A DNA stretch of 64,000 nucleotides from Anaerolineae bacterium (lineage in GTDB: Bacteria > Chloroflexota > Anaerolineae > Aggregatilineales > Phototrophicaceae), in assembly GCA_034420985.1 (NCBI GenBank), contig DAOUKU010000065.1:99326-163325 (forward strand), read 5' to 3'. Both the position numbers and the translations under genes were made by a program. Of the stretch, positions 56,336-64,000 are shown piece by piece. How positions within the stretch are numbered: position 1 is the first letter of the stretch; each line of letters begins with the position of its first letter. The notes below the pieces were generated by a model. That model saw nothing but the letters and a program-made list of their open reading frames with translations. It did no database searches and was not told the DNA's origin.

Positions 56336-56362
56336 CAGGCGGGCGAAGGAGCACAGCCGACC

Positions 56363-57613
56363 ATGCACATACTCCTGCGCGGACGCGATATCCCTAATTT
56401 CAAGGACATGGATGTCTACCAGACGCATGCCGGTTTCGAAGGCTTGAAGAAAGCGCTGGCGATGACGCCGGCCGAGGTCATTGATGTCGTCAAAGCCTCT
56501 GGCTTGCGGGGGCGGGGCGGGGCGGGCTTCCCCACTGGCGTCAAATGGAGCTTCATCCCTCAGCACGAGCCTATCAAATATGTCACGGTCAATGCCGACG
56601 AGAGCGAAACTGGCACCTTCAAAGACCGTGAAATCATGGAAGAGAATCCCTATCAGCTAATCGAAGGCTCTTTGATCTGCGCTTATGCTATCCAGGCAAA
56701 AGCCGTCTACATCTATTTGCGTGGCGAATTCTGGGATATCGGCACGCAGTTGGACGACTGCATTGAAACCATGCGCGCGCAGAACCTGGTCGGGCAAAAC
56801 ATCCTCGGATCGGGCTATGACTGCGAGGTCTACACGCATCTCGGCGCTGGCGCATACATCTGCGGCGAAGAGAGCGCCCTGCTCAACAGCCTGGAGGGCT
56901 ATCTCGGGCAGCCGCGCGTGCGCCCGCCATTCCCCGCGCAGAAAGGTGGCGGCTTGTACAAGGAAGCCACCGTCGTCAACAATGTCGAGACTCTGGCGAA
57001 TGTACCCTACATCTTGACCGAGGGCGCGGAAGCCTTCAAAGCCATCGGCACAGAACAGAGCGCCGGCAACAAAATCTACTGCGTCAGCGGGCATGTCAAG
57101 CGCCCCGGCAACTATGAACTGCCCATGGGCGCGACCTTCCGCGAGCTGCTCTACGAACACGCCGGCGGACCGCTGCACGACGACCGCGCCTTCAAAGCCA
57201 TGCTGCCGTCGGGCGGCTCCGGTCCCATCGTGCCGCTGACCGACGAAGTGCTGGATACCTGCATGAGCTACGAAGATTGCGCCAGCATCGGCACGATCAT
57301 CGGCTCGGCATCCATCATCATCATGGACGAAAGCGTCGACATGACCTGGGTCGCATCGAAAGTGACCAAGTTCTTCAAGCACGAAAGCTGCGGCAAATGC
57401 ACGCCCTGCCGCGAAGGCACCTACTGGCTGGATAAGGTGATCGACCGTATCCTGGACGGGCGCGGCAGTCCGGACGATGTCAAGCGTATCGCCGATGTCG
57501 CCGAAAATATGGCGGGGACGACCCTCTGCGCCTTGGGCGATTTCGCCGCCAACCCCATCATTCACACCATCCGCCATTTTCCCGATGATTTTGCCCAGCA
57601 TGTGCAGGCTTAG
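56363..57613 (+). CDS. nuoF: NADH-quinone oxidoreductase subunit F
   Basis: GLRGRGGAGFPTGVKW FMN/NADH site and ESCGKCTPCREG N3 cluster. Confidence 0.95.
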   Translation: MHILLRGRDIPNFKDMDVYQTHAGFEGLKKALAMTPAEVIDVVKASGLRGRGGAGFPTGVKWSFIPQHEPIKYVTVNADESETGTFKDREIMEENPYQLIEGSLICAYAIQAKAVYIYLRGEFWDIGTQLDDCIETMRAQNLVGQNILGSGYDCEVYTHLGAGAYICGEESALLNSLEGYLGQPRVRPPFPAQKGGGLYKEATVVNNVETLANVPYILTEGAEAFKAIGTEQSAGNKIYCVSGHVKRPGNYELPMGATFRELLYEHAGGPLHDDRAFKAMLPSGGSGPIVPLTDEVLDTCMSYEDCASIGTIIGSASIIIMDESVDMTWVASKVTKFFKHESCGKCTPCREGTYWLDKVIDRILDGRGSPDDVKRIADVAENMAGTTLCALGDFAANPIIHTIRHFPDDFAQHVQA

Positions 57614-57616
57614 CCC

Positions 57617-57967
57617 GTGAGTGTCCTTTCTTTGCCAAGAAACCTGCTTGGCGCGCTCTTCGGCTCGTCTCTGGCGCGCGAACGTGACTTTTTCGCTCGT
57701 CACCACGAGCTAAGCGACCAGATCGCCGCGGCGCCAGAGGGCATGATTCCGCGTGTTTTGCGTGGCGAGCTGCTGCTGGAGCGGCGGGATTATGCGCTGG
57801 CGGGGGCGGATTTTGAGGCGGCGCTGGACTTGACGGGAAGGCTGGACATGCGCGCAGGCTGGCTGCTGCAAGAACAAGTCATGCGCGACCGCGCGCTCTT
57901 TGGACTGGAAATTGTGGCCCGCCACTTGCCCCCTGCGAGTGAGCCGGCGGCAAATGTGGAGGCATAG
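57617..57967 (+). CDS. Hypothetical 116-aa protein inserted between nuoF and nuoG (weak TPR-like helix pair)
   Basis: GTG start 3 nt after the nuoF stop. Its TAG stop directly abuts the nuoG ATG. Codon usage is coding-like. The segment RGELLLERRDYALAGADFEAALDL is TPR-like. Confidence 0.5.
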   Translation: MSVLSLPRNLLGALFGSSLARERDFFARHHELSDQIAAAPEGMIPRVLRGELLLERRDYALAGADFEAALDLTGRLDMRAGWLLQEQVMRDRALFGLEIVARHLPPASEPAANVEA

Positions 57968-60499
57968 ATGTCCGACACAGTGACCATCAATATCGATGGC
58001 AAGGATTATGAAGTGGCGGCCGGCGCTAACCTGGTCGACGCCGCCAAATGGCACGCGGGCAACGACATCCCCGTCTTCTGCTACCACCCCAAAATGGATC
58101 CTGTCGGCATGTGCCGCATGTGCCTGGTGGAGCTGGGCACGCCGGGACGCGACCGTGCTACCGGCGAGCTCATGCGCAACGAAGACGGCAGCCCGCTGAT
58201 CCGCTACTTCCCCAAGCTGCAGACGGCTTGCACCACCACCGTCAGCGATGGCATGCACATCAAGACCAATACGCAGCAAGTCATCGCCGCGCGCAACGAT
58301 GTGCTGGAGTTCCTGCTCAGCAGCCACCCGCTGGATTGCCCCATTTGCGACAAAGGTGGCGAATGCCCGCTGCAGAACCTGACCATGCGCCACGGTCCGC
58401 AAGCCTCGCGCATGTATTTTGAAGACAAACAACTGCTTGAAAAACATTATCCGCTGGGCGAGTTGATCTTCCTCGACCGCGAGCGCTGCATTCAATGTGC
58501 GCGCTGCGTCCGCTTCCAGGACGAAGTGGTCGGCGATGATGTGCTGGCGTTTCACGAGCGGGGGCGGCGCTTGCAAATCATCACCCATTCCGAGCCCGGC
58601 TTCGATACCTACTTCAGCGGCAATACCACTGACATCTGCCCGGTTGGCGCGTTGACAACGGCGGACTTCCGTTTTGGCGCTCGCCCTTGGGAATTGAACG
58701 AAGTGCCCAGCATCTCGCCCTGGGATGCCGCCGGCGAAAATATCAGCCTGAGCATGCGCCTAGATCGTGATTTTGGCGGCAAGGCGCTGATCAAACGGGT
58801 TATGCCGCGCCAAAATGAATGGGTCAACGAAATCTGGATCAGCGACAAGACGCGCTTCGGGCATCACTTCACCCGCAGCGACGACCGCTTGCAGCAGCCG
58901 CAAATGCGGACCGGCGGCACATTGCGCGACTCCAACTGGGAGGCAGCGCTGGCGGCTGCGGCGGCGACATTAAAAGGCGCGGAGGGGGCTGTGGCGGCTA
59001 TCGCTGGCAGCGGCATGTCCAACGAAGACTTGTGGGCGCTGCGGCAGTTGGTCGAGGGCGTCGGCGGCTCGCGTTTGGGCGCCTGGCCGCCCACGCATGG
59101 CGGGGCGTCGGCGGTCGCGCAAGTCGGCGTCGGCGCTGGTACGAACCTCAGTCAGTTGGGCAGGGGCGACGCCATTCTCGTCATCGCCTGCGACTTGGAA
59201 GAAGAAGTGCCGATTTGGCGTCTGCGCTTGAAACAGGCGCAAGACCGCGGCGCCTACTTGGTCGTCGCCAATGCCCGGGACACGCGGCTGGAAGACTTCG
59301 CCCTGCAGGGCGCGCGCAATGACCGCGTCGTGGAGGGCGATGCTATCCGCTATGCACCTGGCGAAGCTGTGGCTATCATGCGCGACTTGAAAGAGCGGCA
59401 TCCCGCCATCGCCGAAGGACTCGCGAAAGCCGACAATCTTGTCATTGTCGCCGGCGCGGAGGGGCTGGACCTGGCGGGCAGCGAGGCGCTGGCAACAGCA
59501 GCCGCCAATTTCTTGATCGAAAGTGGACATGCCGGGCGCGCCAACAATGGCTTGCTGTCGCCGCTGCCGGGCGCCAATGGCATGGGCTTGCATTACCTGG
59601 GCTTCAGCCCGCAGACGACTCTCGACATTATGCAGAATCCGCCGCGCGCGCTGATCGTCGCTCAGGCCGAGTTGTTGGACGACGACCCCGCCGCGCAGCA
59701 ATGGCTTAGCCAGGTGGAAACCATCATCTACGCGGGCCTCTTTGATGACGGCATCTCACAGCGGGCGGATTATATGTTACCCCTGCAATCCTTCGCCGAG
59801 CGCGATGGCAGCTTTGTTAATGGTGAGCGGCGCGTGCAGCGTTTCTACACCGCGCAGGGACCCATGGGGCAAGCGCTGCCGGCCTGGAAGCTCTTCGGCG
59901 GCATCAGCCAAAGCGCCGGCATTGACATGTTGAAACCGTCCGCGGCCGCGGTGATGTTGGAACTAAGCAAGTCCTTGGCTGCCTTTGAGGGCATGAGCTA
60001 CCAAGCGCTGGGGGTGACTGAGCGGCAATTCCCCGATGTTGGGGGGCGGGATCTCTACTACGGCGGCACGGCTTACGAAAATGAGGGTGGCGTCGGCATG
60101 CAGATCCCGACGGCGGCCGATCGCGGCGACGATTTGCAAGCAGTGGAAGTCGCGGACACGGATGGGCCTGTCGCTGGCGATGGCGAGTTGATCATCATGC
60201 CGATTACGCGCCTGTACAACCGACAGCGTGCTTTCCGCCCGTCCCTGCTTATGGAGCCGCGCATTCTGGCGCCCTACGCATTGATTCACCCCGACGATGC
60301 CGCGGCGCAGGGCATTATCCAGGGCGATGCAGTCGAGATTCGCGCCGGCAACTCCAATGTGCGAGTGCGCGCCAGCGTCAGCGACGAGATTGTCGCGGGC
60401 GTCATCGCTCTGCCGCGCCATTTTGTAGACGAAGCCGTGCCGCTGATGCCGTCCGCCGGCACGATCAGCCGCGTCACCGAGCCAGCGGCTGTCCGTTGA
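57968..60499 (+). CDS. nuoG: NADH-quinone oxidoreductase subunit G
   Basis: N-terminal 2Fe-2S and 4Fe-4S Cys motifs (CYHPKMDPVGMCRMC, HPLDCPICDKGGECPLQ, CIQCARCVRF), then a molybdopterin-like domain. Confidence 0.93.
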   Translation: MSDTVTINIDGKDYEVAAGANLVDAAKWHAGNDIPVFCYHPKMDPVGMCRMCLVELGTPGRDRATGELMRNEDGSPLIRYFPKLQTACTTTVSDGMHIKTNTQQVIAARNDVLEFLLSSHPLDCPICDKGGECPLQNLTMRHGPQASRMYFEDKQLLEKHYPLGELIFLDRERCIQCARCVRFQDEVVGDDVLAFHERGRRLQIITHSEPGFDTYFSGNTTDICPVGALTTADFRFGARPWELNEVPSISPWDAAGENISLSMRLDRDFGGKALIKRVMPRQNEWVNEIWISDKTRFGHHFTRSDDRLQQPQMRTGGTLRDSNWEAALAAAAATLKGAEGAVAAIAGSGMSNEDLWALRQLVEGVGGSRLGAWPPTHGGASAVAQVGVGAGTNLSQLGRGDAILVIACDLEEEVPIWRLRLKQAQDRGAYLVVANARDTRLEDFALQGARNDRVVEGDAIRYAPGEAVAIMRDLKERHPAIAEGLAKADNLVIVAGAEGLDLAGSEALATAAANFLIESGHAGRANNGLLSPLPGANGMGLHYLGFSPQTTLDIMQNPPRALIVAQAELLDDDPAAQQWLSQVETIIYAGLFDDGISQRADYMLPLQSFAERDGSFVNGERRVQRFYTAQGPMGQALPAWKLFGGISQSAGIDMLKPSAAAVMLELSKSLAAFEGMSYQALGVTERQFPDVGGRDLYYGGTAYENEGGVGMQIPTAADRGDDLQAVEVADTDGPVAGDGELIIMPITRLYNRQRAFRPSLLMEPRILAPYALIHPDDAAAQGIIQGDAVEIRAGNSNVRVRASVSDEIVAGVIALPRHFVDEAVPLMPSAGTISRVTEPAAVR

Positions 60500-60520
60500 T
60501 GATGGCAGAGGAATCAGTTT

Positions 60521-62089
60521 ATGAGCTTTAAAGTGAAGCTGGGCATCGCGGCAGCTGTCATCGGACTGGTGGTAACGCTGCTGGTCGTCGTGTTGATCAT
60601 CGCCAACCTGAGCGCCATCGTGACTTGGATCGGCTTTGACGAAGCCGGCAACCTGGACGGACGCCAGGGCGCGATCGGTATGCTGCTGAACCCGGAAGCG
60701 CGCGTTGGCAAGGTCGTGCAATGCGAAGATGACGCTGGTTGTTCCGCGCTCTGGCCCATCATCTTTGCGGCGGGCTTCGCCTTCGTCATTGTGACGGGTT
60801 TCGCCTATACAACGCTGCTGGAGCGGCGACTGCTGGCTTTCTTACAGCACCGCGTGGGACCCAATCGCGTGGGACCGCTGGGCTTCATGCAGCCGGCTGC
60901 CGATGGCGTTAAGCTGGTCTTCAAAGAAGACTTGCTGCCGGCTGGCGCGGACAAGTGGGTTTTCCGCCTGGCGCCCATGATCAAGGTCATCCCGATTTTG
61001 ATGATTGCAGCCGTTATCCCCATGGGACCCGACTTGGTGCTGCCCTGGTTCGCGCCGTCACTGGGCGATGTCTGGTTCCAAGTGCCGCAAGGGCTCATCG
61101 ACTCGAATGTCGGCGTGCTTTGGGTCATTGCCATCACCAGCATCGCCACTTATGGCGTGGTCTTGGCTGGCTGGTCCAGCGACAACAAATATGCCATGCT
61201 GGGCGCTTTGCGGGCATCGGCGCAGATGATTAGCTACGAACTCAGCTTCGCCCTGACGCTGACTGTGCCGGTCATGATTGTTGGCAGCATGGCGCTCGGG
61301 GACATCATGGACGCGCAGCGCAATATCTGGGACTGGTTCGTCTTTCAAAATCCTTTGGCGGCGGCCGTGCTGCTGCTGGCGCTGCTGGCGGAGACCAACC
61401 GTGCCCCGTTTGACCTCACCGAAGCCGAGCAAGAACTCACGCAGGGCTATATGACCGAATACAGCGGCATGAAGTTCGCCCTGTTTATGATGGCGGAATA
61501 CCTGGGCATGATCGCCGTGAGCCTGGTGGCGGTAGCCATGTTCTTCGGCGGCTACCACCTCTGGCCCATGGATGGTTTGCCGATTCTGGCGCCGCTGATC
61601 TTCATCGTCAAAGTCGTGCTGATGCTCTGCGGCATGATCTGGATCCGGGCGACCCTGCCGCGCATCCGTTATGACCGCCTGATGCAATTCGGCTGGAAGG
61701 TGATGATCCCGCTGGCGCTTTTGGCGGTGGCTTGGACGGCAGTAGCGATTGTCGTTGGCGATGCCCTAGGCGGTACAGCCTATCCCTTCATTTCAGGTAT
61801 TGTATTTGTGCTGGCGCTGCTGCTTGGTTGGCTGGCGCTGCGACGCATAAGCCGCGACCGCGATAGCGAAGCCGCCATCCCGCTGGAAGACGACCCGGCC
61901 TATACGGGCGAACGGCGCGGATTGGGCTGGGCGCTGGTGCACTTGGTCGGTATGCTGGTCGCGATTCCGCTGGTGCATATCCGTTTCCAGGTGCGCGCAC
62001 TAGAGGGTATGGCCAGCTTCGGGCGCACACCAGAAGAAGACCGCGCCCTGCATAGTAGCGAAACTGCCCTAAAACGTGCTGGCGATTAG
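60521..62089 (+). CDS. nuoH: NADH-quinone oxidoreductase subunit H, extended (522 aa)
   Basis: Core motifs ERRLLAFLQHRVGPNRVGPLGFMQPAADGVKL and NRAPFDLTEAEQELTQGYMTEYSG. Extra sequence of about 85 aa at the N-terminus and about 110 aa at the C-terminus. Confidence 0.9.
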   Translation: MSFKVKLGIAAAVIGLVVTLLVVVLIIANLSAIVTWIGFDEAGNLDGRQGAIGMLLNPEARVGKVVQCEDDAGCSALWPIIFAAGFAFVIVTGFAYTTLLERRLLAFLQHRVGPNRVGPLGFMQPAADGVKLVFKEDLLPAGADKWVFRLAPMIKVIPILMIAAVIPMGPDLVLPWFAPSLGDVWFQVPQGLIDSNVGVLWVIAITSIATYGVVLAGWSSDNKYAMLGALRASAQMISYELSFALTLTVPVMIVGSMALGDIMDAQRNIWDWFVFQNPLAAAVLLLALLAETNRAPFDLTEAEQELTQGYMTEYSGMKFALFMMAEYLGMIAVSLVAVAMFFGGYHLWPMDGLPILAPLIFIVKVVLMLCGMIWIRATLPRIRYDRLMQFGWKVMIPLALLAVAWTAVAIVVGDALGGTAYPFISGIVFVLALLLGWLALRRISRDRDSEAAIPLEDDPAYTGERRGLGWALVHLVGMLVAIPLVHIRFQVRALEGMASFGRTPEEDRALHSSETALKRAGD

Positions 62090-62137
62090 CCGCATAACCA
62101 GATTTTCTGCCAAGAGACGACCCAAAGGCGGGCGACG

Positions 62138-62632
62138 ATGAGTGTAATAAAAGGCTTCCAAACGACACTGAAGCACCTCATGGACGATGCGGTGACCATT
62201 CAGTATCCGGAGCAAGTGCAAAAATTCCACCAGCGCTACAAGGGGCGTCACCATCTGCGGCGCTACGATAACGGCTTGGAAAAGTGCATTGGCTGTTCGC
62301 TCTGTGCGGCCGCCTGCCCAGCTGACGCCATCTGGGTGGAAGCGGCCGAAAATACCGACGAAGAGCGCTACAGCCCCGGCGAACGCTACGCCAAGACTTA
62401 CGAAATCAATATGCTGCGCTGCATTTTCTGCGGCTACTGCGAAGATGCCTGCCCTACCGAAGCCATCCAGCTGGGGCATGAGCATCAGATGTCCTATACC
62501 GACCGCCGCGACGCCATCTACACCAAGGACATGCTCATTGACCCGCCGCAGGAAGGCGCGTCCAGCACCCCGCAGCAGGTCGAAGCCGGCGCTTACGACC
62601 GCTCGATACCCGACATGGAAGACCCGACCTAA
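62138..62632 (+). CDS. nuoI: NADH-quinone oxidoreductase subunit I
   Basis: Two 4Fe-4S motifs (CIGCSLCAAACP, CIFCGYCEDACP). Confidence 0.93.
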   Translation: MSVIKGFQTTLKHLMDDAVTIQYPEQVQKFHQRYKGRHHLRRYDNGLEKCIGCSLCAAACPADAIWVEAAENTDEERYSPGERYAKTYEINMLRCIFCGYCEDACPTEAIQLGHEHQMSYTDRRDAIYTKDMLIDPPQEGASSTPQQVEAGAYDRSIPDMEDPT

Positions 62633-62712
62633 GCGGCGAGGAAAAGCAAATTGAAGCGCAAATTCACTTGTGCTAAAATGCACAAACGCATCATGGATGG
62701 GAACTGAATCCT

Positions 62713-64000
62713 ATGGAATGGTTGTTCCTGGTGGTGAGCTTCGTGGCGGTCCTGGCGGCTGGCATGATGCTGACGCGGCAAAACGCCGTGCACAGCGCGC
62801 TCTTCCTCATCGTCAACTTCGGCTGTGTGGCTTTCCTCTACTTGATGCTGGACGCGCCATTCCTGGCTATGGTGCAGGTCACCGTCTACACCGGCGCCAT
62901 TATGGTGCTATTTCTTTTTGTCATCATGCTGCTGGGCGCGGAGACGACTACAGATACCTCAGGTCAGATGCGCTGGCTGGGCTTGGCGGGCTCGCTCGTG
63001 GCCATCGTCGTGCTGTTGATCTTCGCCTTCCCTATCGCCTCGGACATGCTCAGCAGCAATTCTGTAGAACGTGCCGGGACCAGCGCCAAGCTGCGGCTGG
63101 TCAATGCTGTGCCGGGCGGCGACGCCCAAGAGTTCACTGTGCGCGAGATGGGCTTTGATATGCCTCTGGCTGGCAATGTCAGCGCGACTGTGGCTTTGAT
63201 GCCCCTGGATGAAAGCGCTGCTGGCGCGACCATTGGCGAGGTGCTTTACAAAGATCCCCGCGAGAGCAGTCAAGAGTATATGGAACTGCCAGCCGGCGAT
63301 TACACGCTAAGCGCCACTGTCAGCGATGGCACATACCAGTCGGGTGAGGTCTACAGCCAGAGCCTTAGCTTGGGGGCAGATTCCGCGCAGAGCGTCCTGC
63401 TTTACGAAAATGCTGAAGGCACCCTGCAGTTCGCGCTGCTGGATGACGATGTCAGCGCCCCGGAGGTCGGAAAAATGCGCCTGACACTGATCAACGCGCT
63501 GGCTGACAAGCAGGTGTCGCTGGTGGATGTCGGGCAGTACACCGCTATCCGTACTTTGTGCGAGAACGACTCCTGCAGCTCGCTCTTGCCGCATCGCGTT
63601 TTGATTGCGCAGTTGCCGCTGGGCGACGACATCAGCATCCAGTTGGACGAAGGTGATTACAACCTGGCTTTCGTCGACCAGGACTTCAATGTGCTGCGGA
63701 CGCTGTCGGAGTTTCGGGCTGAGCGCGGTCTCATCGAAACGCGAGTCTTAGTCCGCGAACCAGGTAGTCCAGGCAGCCAGCCAAGTTACCGCGCCGCCGT
63801 CTATCATGCCTTTGCTGTGCCCGCATTCGGCAGTCCGGAAGCGGTCGGGCAGGTGCTCTTCATCGAATATGTGCTGCCGGTGATGCTGGTGGGCTTGCTG
63901 CTGTTGGTCGCCTTGATCGGCGTGATCGTCCTGGCGAGACCCGATGCCCTGGCGCAAGCGGAGCGTCGCCGCATCAACCGCCGCCGCCGCGTCAACCGCC
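62713..64000 (+). CDS. nuoJ: NADH-quinone oxidoreductase subunit J with a large internal insertion (3' end outside window; not in the supplied ORF track)
   Basis: My own translation from ATG 62713 has no stop to the window end. It begins MEWLFLVVSFVAVLAAGMMLTRQNAVHSALFLIVNFGCVAFLYLMLDAPFLAMVQVTVYTGAIMVLFLFVIMLL, and a late canonical helix reads VLFIEYVLPVMLVGLLLLVALIGVIVLA. Confidence 0.85.
   Translation, partial: MEWLFLVVSFVAVLAAGMMLTRQNAVHSALFLIVNFGCVAFLYLMLDAPFLAMVQVTVYTGAIMVLFLFVIMLLGAETTTDTSGQMRWLGLAGSLVAIVVLLIFAFPIASDMLSSNSVERAGTSAKLRLVNAVPGGDAQEFTVREMGFDMPLAGNVSATVALMPLDESAAGATIGEVLYKDPRESSQEYMELPAGDYTLSATVSDGTYQSGEVYSQSLSLGADSAQSVLLYENAEGTLQFALLDDDVSAPEVGKMRLTLINALADKQVSLVDVGQYTAIRTLCENDSCSSLLPHRVLIAQLPLGDDISIQLDEGDYNLAFVDQDFNVLRTLSEFRAERGLIETRVLVREPGSPGSQPSYRAAVYHAFAVPAFGSPEAVGQVLFIEYVLPVMLVGLLLLVALIGVIVLARPDALAQAERRRINRRRRVNR

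Noticed and set aside
62670-63158. 162-aa plus-strand ORF listed in the track where nuoJ should be
   Set aside because: It is out of frame with the real nuoJ ORF (ATG 62713), which shows canonical NuoJ helices. Its product is Arg/Gly-rich with no TM segments. The real ORF is missing from the track only because it has no stop inside the window.

Overview
High-GC (about 60-65% by eye) bacterial chromosomal segment, almost fully coding. The fused glyQS and the intergenic repeat families remind me of Chloroflexota, but I cannot verify that here. No rRNA, tRNA, CRISPR array, transposase or integrase was recognised.

Gene content, left to right:
- A minus-strand run potB-potC-potD-potA, then a TAT-less reductive-dehalogenase homolog and a VanZ-like membrane protein.
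- A divergent operon of GNAT, flavin amine oxidase, AguB-like C-N hydrolase, PhzF and aldo/keto reductase, probably polyamine catabolism.
- Housekeeping genes: cdsA, azlC, frr, uppS, ald, fused glyQS, dnaG-rpoD, nfi.
- A GldA/GldF-GldG/DUF4340 ABC system.
- A 1627-aa rpoB with no rpoC downstream.
- nuoA through nuoJ. nuoJ runs off the right edge and is missing from the ORF track.

Most notable observations:
1. A low-GC cassette of about 3.8 kb (about 49.1-52.9 kb) sits directly upstream of the nuo operon. It encodes a coiled-coil HARE-HTH-like protein, a large MutL/MORC/Hsp90-type GHKL ATPase (currently split by a 1-nt frame change) and a coupled 183-aa unknown protein. It has its own near-consensus promoter with a perfect palindrome in the spacer. 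This is a candidate uncharacterised conflict or defence module.
2. A ChlI/BchI-type AAA+ gene ends 12 nt after an A9 run. The -1 frame opens exactly at that run and continues through an acidic linker into the VWA (ChlD-type) ORF, which suggests recoding that yields both chelatase subunits from one locus.
3. Complex I has unusual additions: two DUF4397-like repeats inserted into NuoJ, an extra ORF exactly filling the nuoF-nuoG gap, and an extended NuoH.
4. At least two families of palindromic intergenic repeats are present, plus a MITE-like composite that carries a 40-codon hydrophobic ORF.
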